Below, piece by piece: positions 41,425 to 54,200 of a stretch of DNA of 64,000 nt. Every line of letters begins with the position of its first letter. Position 1 is the first letter of the stretch. This DNA is from Lingula anatina (taxonomy: Eukaryota; Animalia; Brachiopoda): contig CM120643.1 of the NCBI GenBank assembly GCA_051362555.1, positions 27,532,848-27,596,847 of the forward strand, read 5' to 3'. A program made the position numbers and the translations under genes. The notes beneath the pieces are model-generated. The model did no database searches. It was not told the DNA's origin and worked only from the letters and a program-made list of their open reading frames with translations.

Positions 41425-44400
41425 TATGATATGCATAAACATAGTAGGCTTAGTGGGCCTTGAACAAATTGATATTGTGAGTATGAAAGGCGTTGAATAT
41501 AATAAAGGCTTCACCCAAAATTCAGTATCTTTTATTGTGGAGGATATGACTAACCTGTGGCGATTTTGTCAAGAGTTGTTTTTTATGGAGCAGTGTTGCA
41601 GATTTCCGGCATTGTCGTCCAGAAGGCTTTGGGTATGTTGTAGCAAAATGAGCACTTGTAAGTAAATCAAAGAGATAAATATGGATGAAAAATATTCATT
41701 TTCACATTACATCTATCGGGGCAATTTATTCATTTGTTCCTAGAGGCTTTTCTATTCTAGGCAGAGTTTACCTGTCCGCACAGAAATACGAACTCTGTTG
41801 TCACTTCTTGTTTCATGAAGTTGGTCACGTATGCACTTTTCACCCAGAGAATATTTCGGACGTGGAAGAAATATTATCACCGATAAGCCTCAGCTCTTGG
41901 GATCCAAAAACCACAGAAAATTGACCTTACATGCCCCTACATACACAAACATACATCCATTTTTGGGGGTAGATGGGGGAAAGGGGGTACCTCTGAAATG
42001 AGGAGGAGGGGAGGGTTGCCCCCTGGATCTGCCTTTGTCACAGTTTATATTATTGCTTTTTAGATAACGTTGGACCAGTATGCCCGTGACAATATACATT
42101 GTTTTATATTGGATTTATTGCTTTAAAGGGATAAATAACAATGTAGAAGATGGATTTGGAAAGAAGACCTCTTCCTAAACCGTTTTGTTGCCTAATTAAC
42201 AAGGAAAGAGAGGTAGTGGTCAACAGTGAAAGAGAGAGAGAGTTGTAAAATTCATTTTAATCATATTCAGTTATTTTTATCTCTGACAGTCCATTTTATT
42301 TACTCCATCAAGTATTTCCCTTGCTGTTTGCATTTCTTTCTTCTGTGTTCATACGTGAGATCAACAGAAGCCACCTAGGACTGTGTCAAACCTGATCAGT
42401 CACGTGCGTCCGATTTTAAAATCTCCCTCAGGTCGTTAAATGTGAGCCTTAACCAAACAGATGCCAAGAAATGAGACTTTCTTGGAAAACGACGCATCCC
42501 AAGGTTAACGTTGGCTGAACTGTAATCAAGTTGTCCTTTGTGGAAGTTACTAGTGGTACTTAGTTCACCATACAACCTCTTAAAACGACCGGGCGTGGGC
42601 GAGTGGCTCTACTTAGGCATAAAATTGGCACCTTTCTGTAACATTGCTTTTTGCAGCTTTTTTGTAAATCGTGTGTTTTATTTATATCTCTCAGAAATCA
42701 ACTGGGACAAATGAAATGGGAAATCTTCATGCAATGAAAAAAGCTGAATCGTTAATGGCTAGGATGCATAATTGGGTTTTAGATGCTTTAATGGGTGTTA
42801 TGGAAAATCGCCATTCTTGTCATGACTAAATCATTCACATACAAAAAACATTTTTGCTGTAATGTCCATGCACGATAGAGTAACGATACACGGTAACTCA
42901 TCATCTTTTAAATACACTATAAGCCATTAGCAAGGGATTTAAAATTGGTTCTTTTGTTAGGTTATTTTATTAATAACGTGTTATGTAATCTATATTAGAT
43001 ATGTTGGGAGAATTTGGCAAGGAAGGTAGTTTTGAATAAGGGGGCCTATATAATTGTATATATCGAACATTTTCTTTTGAACATAAGAGTTTGTAAAAGA
43101 ACAATTAACCCTTAACAGTATTTATTTAGTAAACTATACTATAATGGTAGCTGGATTCCTTAAGAGAGCTATTGTCATTCTTGAAATAAAAATGGCCTTT
43201 GGTCATTTTTGCCGTCACTCTCTGGCTATACTCCTCACCTACATAGAGTACATTATTTCTGAAGACTCGTCTCTCTTTGTCAAAGTTTGACTGTTTTAAA
43301 CACAATGTTTAATACTAAAGGACACGAATTATTTTTTAAAATAACAAAAAAGAACCTTGAAATATATATTACTCAGTGGATAGGCCTACGCAAACTTAAA
43401 CTTTATTCTGTAATGGCCCCCTTTTGAGCTTATCTTGATGATAGCAGGTTGTCATTGAGCTAAAATCGAGACTCCGTTCACCTTGACTTAAATGGGGCGT
43501 GAAAAGGAGGCAATGCATTTTTTTTTCATTATACTGTTTTTCGGTAATGATATATCACTACAGAAAGCTTTTGTATCGATTTGGCATATTCAAAATGGCG
43601 GAGGTTGTGGCTGTGGGAAGAGGGACCCAACATTTCAATTAAAAAAAGACGTTCCTTAAATGATGTTGCACTCAGTCTAATTATCCCACGTGGTTCTTCC
43701 CCTATCTGTTCAGTTTTAGGTACATTTCAAACCGATCCAATAACATCGACAGTGCCCTTCAGGCGAACATATGCACCTAATGGAATATAGTGGCAAATAA
43801 ATTATTCAGTGAAATATGTTTTGAAGTGACTATGGCTGATAAAGTCTGCGTTCACACAAGATATACCGTTCTGCATGAATAACTACATAAACGGTTGTCT
43901 AACACAGAAAGAATTAGACCCATTCCTAAATGTAGCCGTACAGAAACATGGCTGATTATGACTAATAAGTCACCTGGAGGAAAACAACGATTTCAGAATG
44001 TCCCACTCTCCTAGTGCGGTTTACACAATGTAGGTGTGGTCGCTGGTGGCCACGTGGGTGTCCAGGGCTCTACCAAAGGTGTTGAGAGGGGAGGGGGCCT
44101 GGTGCACAAAATAAAATGCAAATAAATAAATATAAAAAAAAAAAACACTCGCCTCTATTCGCACGTTATTGGAGATGAGCAACATTTTACTGTAATATGT
44201 ACGGCACAGGGAAAATTACATGTTTTTGACACGTACTTGTTTTAGCGTTTTGGGGGAAAGGAGAAGTGCCCTCCAAAATAGTGGGTAAGAGTACATTGTA
44301 CCTTCGGTTCTTTATTGACGCCATTATTGTATTAATAGGAAGGGTATAGCAGGAGTTGTTGGTTCCGACACCACAGCAAATCAGTCACTCTTACAGCACT

Positions 44401-46119
44401 CCGACCTCTTCCACTCCACTCTTGCCTCTTGATTTATGGGAAATAATTGAAAATGTCGGCACACATATCAACTCAGAAGTTGAATGCTGGATGGGGCGTC
44501 CGTCAGGTACCACTGAGACGTGACTTGGACCAGAAGAGGGTTATATTTACCTCAGAACACGAATTTACATGATATAACAGGAAGGTGAAGCGATCTGTAC
44601 TCGTTCTTTGCTATCAATAACCCCCTTTTTGGAGGATGCATACCGAAATATCTACTGGATTCTTGATATATTGTAGCTTTGTGAAACCAAACGAAATATG
44701 TTACTGAGAAGTTCGGGTAAAACGCACAGTAAATCAGTAACTATCATATGTATCAGATAAATGCTTTAATTTAACAAAATAACCTTACTATACTAATGAG
44801 GTAGATATAGAGGTGTGTATTCAAATATGTTTATCATATCAGTTGAATTCACTGGTAGCTTCAAAATAAACAGATACTCTGGTAAACCAGAAGTTAGTCT
44901 CTTAATGTTCAAAAAAGGTTCCACCAAATGTTAGAGCCAAGAAGCGTGATTCTTTTTATTTGTCGACCCCACGCCATATTTCACTGCCCTCACAGTTAAA
45001 TATAGCAACTGTCATTACCATAACATTCATCTCGCACGCTTCTCGTCATTTTTTGTGGCGTCCCTCTGGCTTTTCTGTAAAGGAATTCGGCGTGTCGGAA
45101 ATGGGAAAGTGCATATACACTATGGCAGTTAACCATAAATTCTATGGATCCTTTTGATAATTTATTATGGCAGAACTTGCTTAATATTCTCACGAAGGCA
45201 AAACGCCAGGTTGCTCGGTAAATTTTGTCAAAATTCCAAATATTTGTCTTGTTTTACCTTTTGATGTATTTACCTGAAAATCTCTTGTTAAATATAGGTC
45301 ACAAAAACGCCTAAAGTCAGTTTCTTCTTTTTATGAGTTTTAACTGTCTGTGAACTTGAGAAATGTTCTTTTATTCTTGGCCAACAAAATCGACAGGTAC
45401 AATTCAATTTACTGATGCATTTTCTTAGGTTATAAAAGCAACTGAAGCCAGGTCATGATAACACTGTTCTAATGTTATTTAAATTTTAATAACTTAAGTT
45501 ATAATTTAAGCACTAGCCGCATACAGTCATTAAAATGTTACCTCTATACTGTGTGCAAAGTATATGTTTCTTTCCCATTGCATAACGTCTACATTGCATG
45601 ACATCAAAACTGAATTCGAAATTTGAGGAGGCATTTCCTTTCGACATTTCTAGCAACTGTAAAACATTCCTTTATTTAATCAAACGATATATCTGTAAGC
45701 CACAAGAAAAAATAGATGAACAGTACATGTGTATATAAAAATTAATCTCAACGCAAAGCAGCTTAATATTGATGAATATAGCATTTGTATTGTTAGATAT
45801 TAATATGCATGTATTCATAATTTTGACGTTAAGACTCAGCAATTGATATGATATGTTCCTTAGTAGGCATTTGTATATTGAATCAAGTTGATACATATGT
45901 GTATAATGTGTACAATGTGTCACAGTGATTAGTATTTGTGAATGATTATAGGTTTACTTTGTCACATATTGATACAAATCGATACGTATTGAAACATACT
46001 GTCGATGTCACATATTGATACAACTTGAAACTGAAACATGAATACATATTATTACTTACTGATATGCACTAATATAATTTCAGTCAGATGGATATTGAGA
46101 AATGCTTTTCTAATTTCAG

Positions 46120-46280
46120 TCTGATGCAAAAATGGTATTGGACGTAATTGCCAGAATGGAAGATACAGAGCCTTTTTCCGAGGACTTACTGGGGGCTATG
46201 AAGAGGCTATGGTCCGACAGCGGCGTACAAGAATGTTTTGGTAGATCTAATGAATATCAGCTAAATGATTCAGCAAAATA
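46120..46280 (+). CDS. GNAO1: G-alpha-o exon 4 (after a ~20 kb intron)
   Basis: tttcag/gtaagt; [54 protein letters not shown]; 161 nt. Confidence 0.97.
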
Positions 46281-46618
46281 GTAAGTACTGACTCCAGTGC
46301 TGTATATAACTATAACCGGAGTTGAATCTGGTATTTTTGCTTAATGGTGAATAAGACCTTGAGATTAAGAGATTAAGGAGGATAAAGGTTTGTTATTTAT
46401 TTCATAGAAACTTTTTTAAGATGAGTGTTATTTTCATCAAATAAGTCCTGGAAAGTTAGAACAAATTAATGCAAAGTTAATATTTTAACTAAATTAGGTA
46501 TATGAAGTATCTCTCAATCCATCATTTTATGTGTTATTTTCTAGTTGGGCGTGCGTGTATGATTATGCTTGTAAATGTCAAACTGCTCTGCATGAGCAAT
46601 ATAACGTCTCTATTTCAG

Positions 46619-46747
46619 CTTTTTAGATGATTTAGATCGTTTAGGACAGAAAAATTACATGCCAACCGAGCAAGACATACTTAGGACAAGAGTTAAGACA
46701 ACTGGTATCGTAGAAGTACACTTCTCTTTTAAGAATTTAAATTTCAA
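46619..46747 (+). CDS. GNAO1: G-alpha-o exon 5 (switch I)
   Basis: tttcag/gtgagt; [43 protein letters not shown]; 129 nt. Confidence 0.97.
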
Positions 46748-47664
46748 GTGAGTACACTATTCAGCACTTCTACAAGTAGTATCCAATCAATTTGTAAACA
46801 TATAAGATACATGTCAGTGCGCTGTTTTTAATGTCTTCATTAATTTGATAAGGTACACGTTGTTGTTATTTTCTCATTTCCAAATTCGTAATTGGGAATC
46901 AGTGCTCATTATTCGAAACTTAACATCACAAACCTCAATAACAGCACGAAAGCACGTGTTGTTTTCTTGAATAGAGGTCTGTTATTGTATGCATTACCAG
47001 CAGTCGAGATTTCTTTAACGTGTTGATCGCCCAAAACCCTGAGTTTCCGAGATAAGTGAGGACAAACCACCACTACCATCATGGCGATTGATTTTCAGTA
47101 AAATCTGAATTGTCAGGGTGTAGTATAAGTAACTAGGATTATCATATTATCCGAGGGCAACGACTGGACTTGGCAGTAAACATCGCGTGTGGTAGAACCA
47201 TTTGCTATCCCCACGCTATTTAAGCTGAAAGAATTGTCAACAAATACACGGTTGATCTTAATACCTGATACATCATTACCTGCACATCCAGTAATTGCAC
47301 TCGTTCTTAGCCCTACTTTTTGCAAATCCCATATTGATAGCAGTGGTCTGTTGACATGTACCAAACACTAGTTACTTGAGGCGCCAACCTCACCCCCCCC
47401 CCCCCCCACCCCACCCCCACCCCCGAAGTAGACGTAAAGTAAGAGTTCCCAGCACCGCATAAACCTCTTTTGCCGAATGGCGTCTAAAAGGTAACGCCAC
47501 GGCATCACTACTGCTGGTTATACTGCGTTGAGAGGAGAGGAGAGAAACTGAGAAAGGGGCACATGTTCGGCTGACCCCCCCCCCCCCCCAACCCACCGAT
47601 CCCGTACCCTCCATGAATTACTTCGTTACCTATGAAAAATGCCTTGAAAAACTTCATATTTCAG

Positions 47665-47794
47665 ATTGTTTGATGTCGGCGGACAAAGATCCGAACGCAA
47701 AAAGTGGATACATTGTTTTGAAGATGTTACGGCTATTATCTTCTGTGTAGCTATGAGTGAATACGATCAAGTACTCCACGAGGACGAAACTACA
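47665..47794 (+). CDS. GNAO1: G-alpha-o exon 6 (switch II/III)
   Basis: tttcag/gtaaga; [43 protein letters not shown]; 130 nt. Confidence 0.97.
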
Positions 47795-48032
47795 GTAAGA
47801 ACCCGAACTAAAAATTTCTTTTAGAATGATAATTTGTTATACTATTTGTACAGAACCAGTTTTTTGTAGTCTGTCGATAGAATGACTAATCAGGTTAAAA
47901 GTTATTAAATAATGTAAAAATGTTCGAAATGGTGTATTTTAATAAAATAATTAAACATGCTTCTGCAATTGGATAAAAACTATCTGTACAACAGAGTAAT
48001 ATTGATCATTTCGTCGTCTGATATGAGCCTGA

Positions 48033-48251
<219 letters not shown>

Positions 48252-48696
48252 TAGTTTCAAAACGAATCTTCTGACTGTTAGGTATATATCTAATGTACAA
48301 AAGCCTTCAGTTTTTTCGGGCTTGAGATTTCTCTGAATTCGGTACGGAATGAAATATAATCTAGCGTCTATATCCTAACATACTTAAAGGAGTGAATAGA
48401 ACTGAGAGCTCGTACACGTTACTGACTTTATGGAGCATACTGTATTTTCATATTAAACTTATATTGTACATGTAAAAAATTTACCACGTATTTATAAGAT
48501 TTACATTCGGTGTTCCTTGTTTAATCAGACATCTTCAAATTTATATTTTACATATATTAGTACAAAATATATTTAAGTTAAAAGCACATTTATTTTAGTT
48601 CTGCTCGTTTTAGGTTATGTTTCAGTTTTAATATGTTATGTTTCCTTTTAAAATGTTTCAAATGCTAACGATATAGTCGAATTTATCATGGTTTCG

Positions 48697-48862
48697 CAGG
48701 CCCGTAGCCAGCAATTTCAAAGGGGGGGTCTTTTTCTGAAAAAGTTGACCTTTTACCATATAATCCCCATGTACCTAGGTCAAATTTTACCCAGATTGGA
48801 CCTTTTTCCAGCAAAAAGGGGGGTTCTTTCGAACCCCCCGAACCCCCCTGGCTACGGGCCTG
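48697..48862. mobile_element. 166-bp MITE in G-alpha-o intron 7
   Basis: Perfect 15-bp TIR CAGGCCCGTAGCCAG; 6-bp TSD GTTTCG; related 5' end at about 60664. Confidence 0.88.
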
Positions 48863-49935
48863 GTTTCGGTTGTTCCCTAGTTTCCTGTTACACAGGGCTT
48901 GTAACCGCTTGGAGACGGACTTTTGACCCACTCTCGCCATTGTGGGAATGGACCAGAATCCGCTCTCCAGGCGATCTCCCAGTGTGCCAGGGGCATTCTT
49001 CCTTCATAGAGACCAAGTTATTCACAAAATGCTTCCAATATTATTGGCCATTCTCATCATTGTGACTGTCTCACACGCGCGCGCACAGACGCATGTAAAC
49101 AATATAAATAGTGAATTATGTACAGATTCTTGTGAATAATAAATGTTTTTTTTTTAATTTTGAAATTGTTTTATAAGATCTGAAACATTTCACATTTTCC
49201 TTTGTGATGCTTTGGAAATATTATGCTCAGAAGGACTTGGCATGTTTTTTATGTTTGTTTTGTTTGTTTGTTTTGTTTTGTTTTTACACCCTTTGGCTTC
49301 AGCTATTGAGGGCTGTCATACCTTGACGCGAGCATATCATCCAAGATTTATTGCAAAATTTCCTTTTGACCTTGGCGTACTGCACTGTGCTTATGTTTGC
49401 TCGCTGTACATACCACTAAGTGCAACGTTTATCCATAACGTACTCATCGTACGCCATAAAATATGAAAAAAAGTCATCACGGTGTGACAGTGCTTGACGA
49501 TGTTTATTTCTTGCTCCCAATATTTTATCTTTTCCCTTCCGCCTTGCTTGCTAGACGTCTGACACTGCCGTGAAACGCAACCAAGTTACTTTAAATACGC
49601 CAAACACGAGAGAACACTCCTTGCATCAAATGCGTCGCACGACATTCTGATATTCATTTTTATTTTGGCAATAATTTTGTTTCAAAAAACCGTCTTCTAC
49701 CTTAGAAGTTTGTTTATAAATTATATCTACACTGTTTTTATCATCCGTTAGAATTAGCAGTGATACGCATGGCCAGTGTCACTTTCATTTTGGGCACATT
49801 CTGTATAAAAAGCAAACCAGAAGAAAGCACCATTGCGATTTTGATTTTAGAAGACGGATGTTATTTGATTAACTGCATTGAAAATTTATGAAAAATTCTT
49901 AAAATCTATTGTCGTTTTCTTTCATCTCATTACAG

Positions 49936-49947
49936 ACAATACGCAAG
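49936..49947 (+). CDS. GNAO1: Candidate 12-nt alternative microexon of G-alpha-o (adds DNTQ)
   Basis: gttttctttcatctcattacag|ACAATACGCAAG|gtaaca; frame-preserving in phase 1, no stop. Confidence 0.45.
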
Positions 49948-50298
49948 GTAACATTTGGCTTTGTAGTTGTTAAACAAGTATACAATACAGTATTATACAG
50001 TATATGAAAAAGTAGGATTGTCATTTAAACTTGTCAAGATACATGAACATAGGCATGTACACCATGCGCGCACGGGCGCCCACACGCACACACACGTAAA
50101 CACATACACCGCGTGCAGTAGATGGGTGATGCAAAAGTTTGTCGCTTAGCTGGTTCTCTGTAAACTTTCCCTGTCGCTTTCTGTAGAGTGAATAATTGGT
50201 GAAGTTTGTCGGTAGGTCATTTTTGCTTCTATCGCATGAACTCCTTGCACCTGTATTCTGCGTGTTCAATGTGTAAATGGCGTTCTTCTCTTTTTCAG

Positions 50299-50486
50299 GT
50301 AAACAAACGTACGAGGATGCAGCAGCGTACATTCAAGCTCAATTTGAAGCAAAGAACAAAAGCACCACAAAGGAAATCTATTGTCATCAAACCTGTGCTA
50401 CCGACACGACCAACATCCAATTTGTTTTTGATGCAGTTACGGATGTAATTATTGCAAACAATCTACGTGGATGCGGATTGTATTGA
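50299..50486 (+). CDS. GNAO1: G-alpha-o terminal exon 8a (canonical)
   Basis: tttcag acceptor; [65 protein letters not shown]; the eight exons sum to 1065 nt = 354 aa plus stop. Confidence 0.97.
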
Positions 50487-50588
50487 TGTTGTTCAAGTTT
50501 TCAGAACTGTGCATCAGCAACAAAACCAGTGTGTGAGGCGTCACAGACTCTGACATGTACATGTAACTGCCTTTTTTACAAATTCCAG

Positions 50589-50776
50589 GTATACAGAGTT
50601 ACGAGGATGCAGCAGCGTACATTCAAGCTCAATTTGAAGCAAAGAATAAAAGCACCAGTTACAAGGAAATCTATTGTCATCAAACCTGTGCTACCGACAC
50701 GACCAACATCCAATTTGTTTTTGATGCAGTTACGGATGTTATTATAGCAAAAAATCTGGAAGCATGTGGATTGTAA
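50589..50776 (+). CDS. GNAO1: Duplicated alternative terminal exon 8b of G-alpha-o
   Basis: ccttttttacaaattccag acceptor, same phase, open frame: [65 protein letters not shown]; 188 nt like 8a. The duplication is certain, its use is not shown. Confidence 0.72.
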
Positions 50777-51016
50777 AGAATTGTTTAGTACTGCAAAGTC
50801 CATGAAGGGCAGTGGTTGGTGTCACTATACCGTGGTTTTTGCTTCAACACTGGTCTTTTCGCCGGTAATCCTGAAAGGCAAGGCATTCTCCAACACTCAT
50901 GCATACACGCACACACGCGCACGCAAACACGTACAGACAACACATGCATTGAAACATGTCTACAAGCAAGCTGTCACTCAAAGCGAACTAATCAGGAAAA
51001 TGTTCTAATATTCTAG

Positions 51017-51215
51017 AAGCTCAATTTGCGGAATCAAGGAATATATAAACCAGAAAACAGTTCTACAAAAATTAACAAAAGGTTTTGTGTATGCTATAAG
51101 CAGTTTACAATAAGACCAGGATACTGTTGCAGGGTTTATAAAAAGTCTTTGCACGATTCACCTTGACTGTATTGATGTTGTGACAAGTTTCAGGAGCACT
51201 CTGTGAGGCGACATC
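51017..51215 (+). pseudogene. Decayed third copy of G-alpha-o exon 8 and its 3' flank
   Basis: aagctcaatttg..aaggaatatat resembles the exon 8 core; gactgtattgatgttgtgacaagtttcagg..tgtgaggcg resembles the 8a stop and UTR (gattgtattgatgttgttcaagttttcaga..tgtgaggcg); no intact frame. Confidence 0.65.
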
Positions 51216-54200
51216 ACCAAAGATGGCGCCACCACCAAAGAGGGTCTCGTATATAAATACATAGTCTGTTTAATAGCAAGTCCGCCTTGCACTGTTATGT
51301 GAAACTGCACGTCATTTGAATACGTTCATGTGGCATTGTACGTTCAACTATGATATAGCTTCCTTTCTTGCAATTCAGAGGGATCGAACTTGCTAAAAAC
51401 ATTCATCACAAGGATTATAGCCTATGTACAGCTCTTGGTAAACGCTTCAGTAATGGCCATGGTTTAGATATTTATTTTTATCATTAGTTTGCGTTCAGCA
51501 AATTAATCCACATAATACTTTGTCATTGATGATTCCGTGCCAGGAGGTCTTGATGTTTTGCGCCTTATCAACGCCCTCTGGCGACTGAATAAACTAGGGG
51601 TGACGTCGGACGACAATGTGCGTACATGCAAGGTATACTGCGACGATGTTTCACTCCATAAGATATATGGAAGACTGCGGCGGTGGTTTTTAACTTCAAT
51701 ATGACACGATGATATCTGAATATATCCGCGAACATCGTCGTTCCTTTGGATAAGAACAAGACACGCCTGGTCATATCAATGTCTTCGTAATTTGTGGGCC
51801 GTTTGCCGCATTGACGCAGGATATAATTGGGCGAATCTTAGATCATAGAGTGGACGTTGGAATAAGGAACGTCTTGACTGCAAGCCCTCTATCGAGTGAA
51901 CTGAAAAGGGCCTTGTGACTGGGTGATACCCTACGGACTTTGGTCGTAAGAAGAACATTCTTGTCCAGAAAAGGAGTTGTCTTAGTAGTGAAGCAGAAAA
52001 GGAGCAACTCTTTCGATGGGATTATCACGTTAACGTTTTTGCGTATCCGTTTATGATATGATGTAGTAGATATGACTGTAATTCTTTTTGTTACTGAAAT
52101 CTGTTGATAATGAATCATTATCAGGGTTCTTTAAGAAATCGCTTACTTTGGAAGAGTGTAATTGCTTGAACTTGTTTGATATGTCACCGTAGCTGTAGAC
52201 GGAGACAGGTTGTTCCTTACTTGTGTACTATGTTACATGTAGAGACTGCCAAGAACTGTGTTTTTTCAGTAAAAAAAAAACACGTAGGTGACGGACGGCC
52301 CGTATGGTTCCATGTTAGGTCGTGGGAAAAAGCCAATATCTGTCAAAAGCCAAAAAAAGTGGCGTTAATTTTCCCGTTTTTGTAAATGTAAATTTTACGG
52401 CTCAGCGAATCAAACCGTGAATGTGAGGGAATTGAAAAGAGTGTTGACTAAAACAGTGCAAAGATATTCTTCCATACTAAACAGAAAAAATACCCGTGTT
52501 CAATCAAAGAGGGAAGTCGAGACAAGTAAGGATGCGTGGCAAAAATCAAAGTTGGAGTAACAGCAGACCTCAGTTATCCCAAAGTAACAACAATACTCGG
52601 TCACATTCTTACAGTTCCCAAACCATGCACTAACTCACACACGCCCACACGTCATTAGTACACGTACATTCTGTTCTGAAGAAAAAAAACACTGAGCAGT
52701 AATTCCGGTTATTTTGATTTGACAATTGACAAATTCTACTTAATATCGTTTGTAACCCAGAACCTTTTCCCTAGGCCTTGCCAACGCTCTGGAGCCGAGC
52801 ACAGTATTGGTGAGATAAACGAGCAGGGGAACTTGTGGCTTCAATTTTTGCTGGTGACAGTTGTCAAATTCAGGGGCCTTGTGGGACATACAGTTTATAC
52901 ATATGACAATGTGGGTGTTTCTTATTTGTGTATGCTAATGCACATATAACCAGGCATAAGTATGGAATGGAAACATATCCCAGTTTGTACTCAGTATATT
53001 CGTAAGGCATCCAGGCACATGTGCAATAGTGGTTTGGTGATTGCTGTCGTATTGACAGCCAATGTTATGTGACATATCGACAGCCATGTCATGGGACAGT
53101 CGTAACATATTAGCCTTCTATATAAAAACAAAATACGATACAGGGAAGATCATCACAAATATGTCGAAATTGTGAAAAACTTTGGGCCCGTACGCGTGTT
53201 ACGCTAGAGAAAATGTTGGCAGACGCCGTTAGTTAAGTGTGACTTGTTCTGTTTCAAAGTGTTCCACTCAATCGCACACACCGTATGCGGTGAGAATCTC
53301 TTCTATGATGCAGTAGCTTTGAGTATATAAGTATATCTATATAAAACCACAGAATGATAATGTTTCATGTTTCGAATGGATATTTAGATAACTTACAATA
53401 TAGCGATAGACTTTCCTCATTTGTATTTTGGTTACTACCGTTTCAAGTAATCGAGAACAGAGAGAAAATCGGGTGATTTTGCTCCTGTTCGGTCATCATG
53501 ACAATTAATGAGCTGTTCTTGGCATGTTTGATGATGGTTTTCATTACTTTATTTTTCAAAGAGTATTTCTCATGGTAACTAGTGTTTAAAGTAGCTGAGA
53601 GTTTGTGATTATGTTGCTTAGTTACGCGTCACTTGCAAATGGTGACCTCGTTGCAATTTAATTCGTATACAGGGTTAGAAAATTCAAAGGGGAGCAATTT
53701 ATCGCTGTGTAAAGAGACCATGTAACTACTAGTAACCTTGTAGCGTTTGTTACAAGCAGCATTTTATCTTGCCCATGGTATAACAGGCACTGGTCAGAAT
53801 TTGACCACCCATCTAGCGGCCAGCAGGGCACTATGTGGCATCCAATTGTTTCTAATTTGTTTTCATGACGTCTTTGATATGTTGTAGGTTGTTCCTACCC
53901 AATTTCATGCTTTAAGTGGCACTTAACGGGTGAGAACGCCCTAAGTGACGGGAACATCTTTAATGTAACACAAACAACAACCCATCAACATTAAAGAGGC
54001 GGCTATTGTATTTAATTAAGTCAGTGAATGTGATGCTAATTTTGTCTTCATTGGAGGCTTCTGCAATTCCTCTTTCCTTGAAGTTGGTTTTGTGTCCTGA
54101 TTGTCATTATGATTGCAGCCGTTTAGAAGTGAGGTGGGGGGGGGGGGGGTCGGTAAACGGATCAATTTAACGCCACATCTTATGGATGATCCTGTTTTCG

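Noticed and set aside
48688-49065. 125-aa ORF in intron 7 as alternative exon
   Set aside because: Largely derived from the 48697-48862 MITE and has no G-alpha similarity
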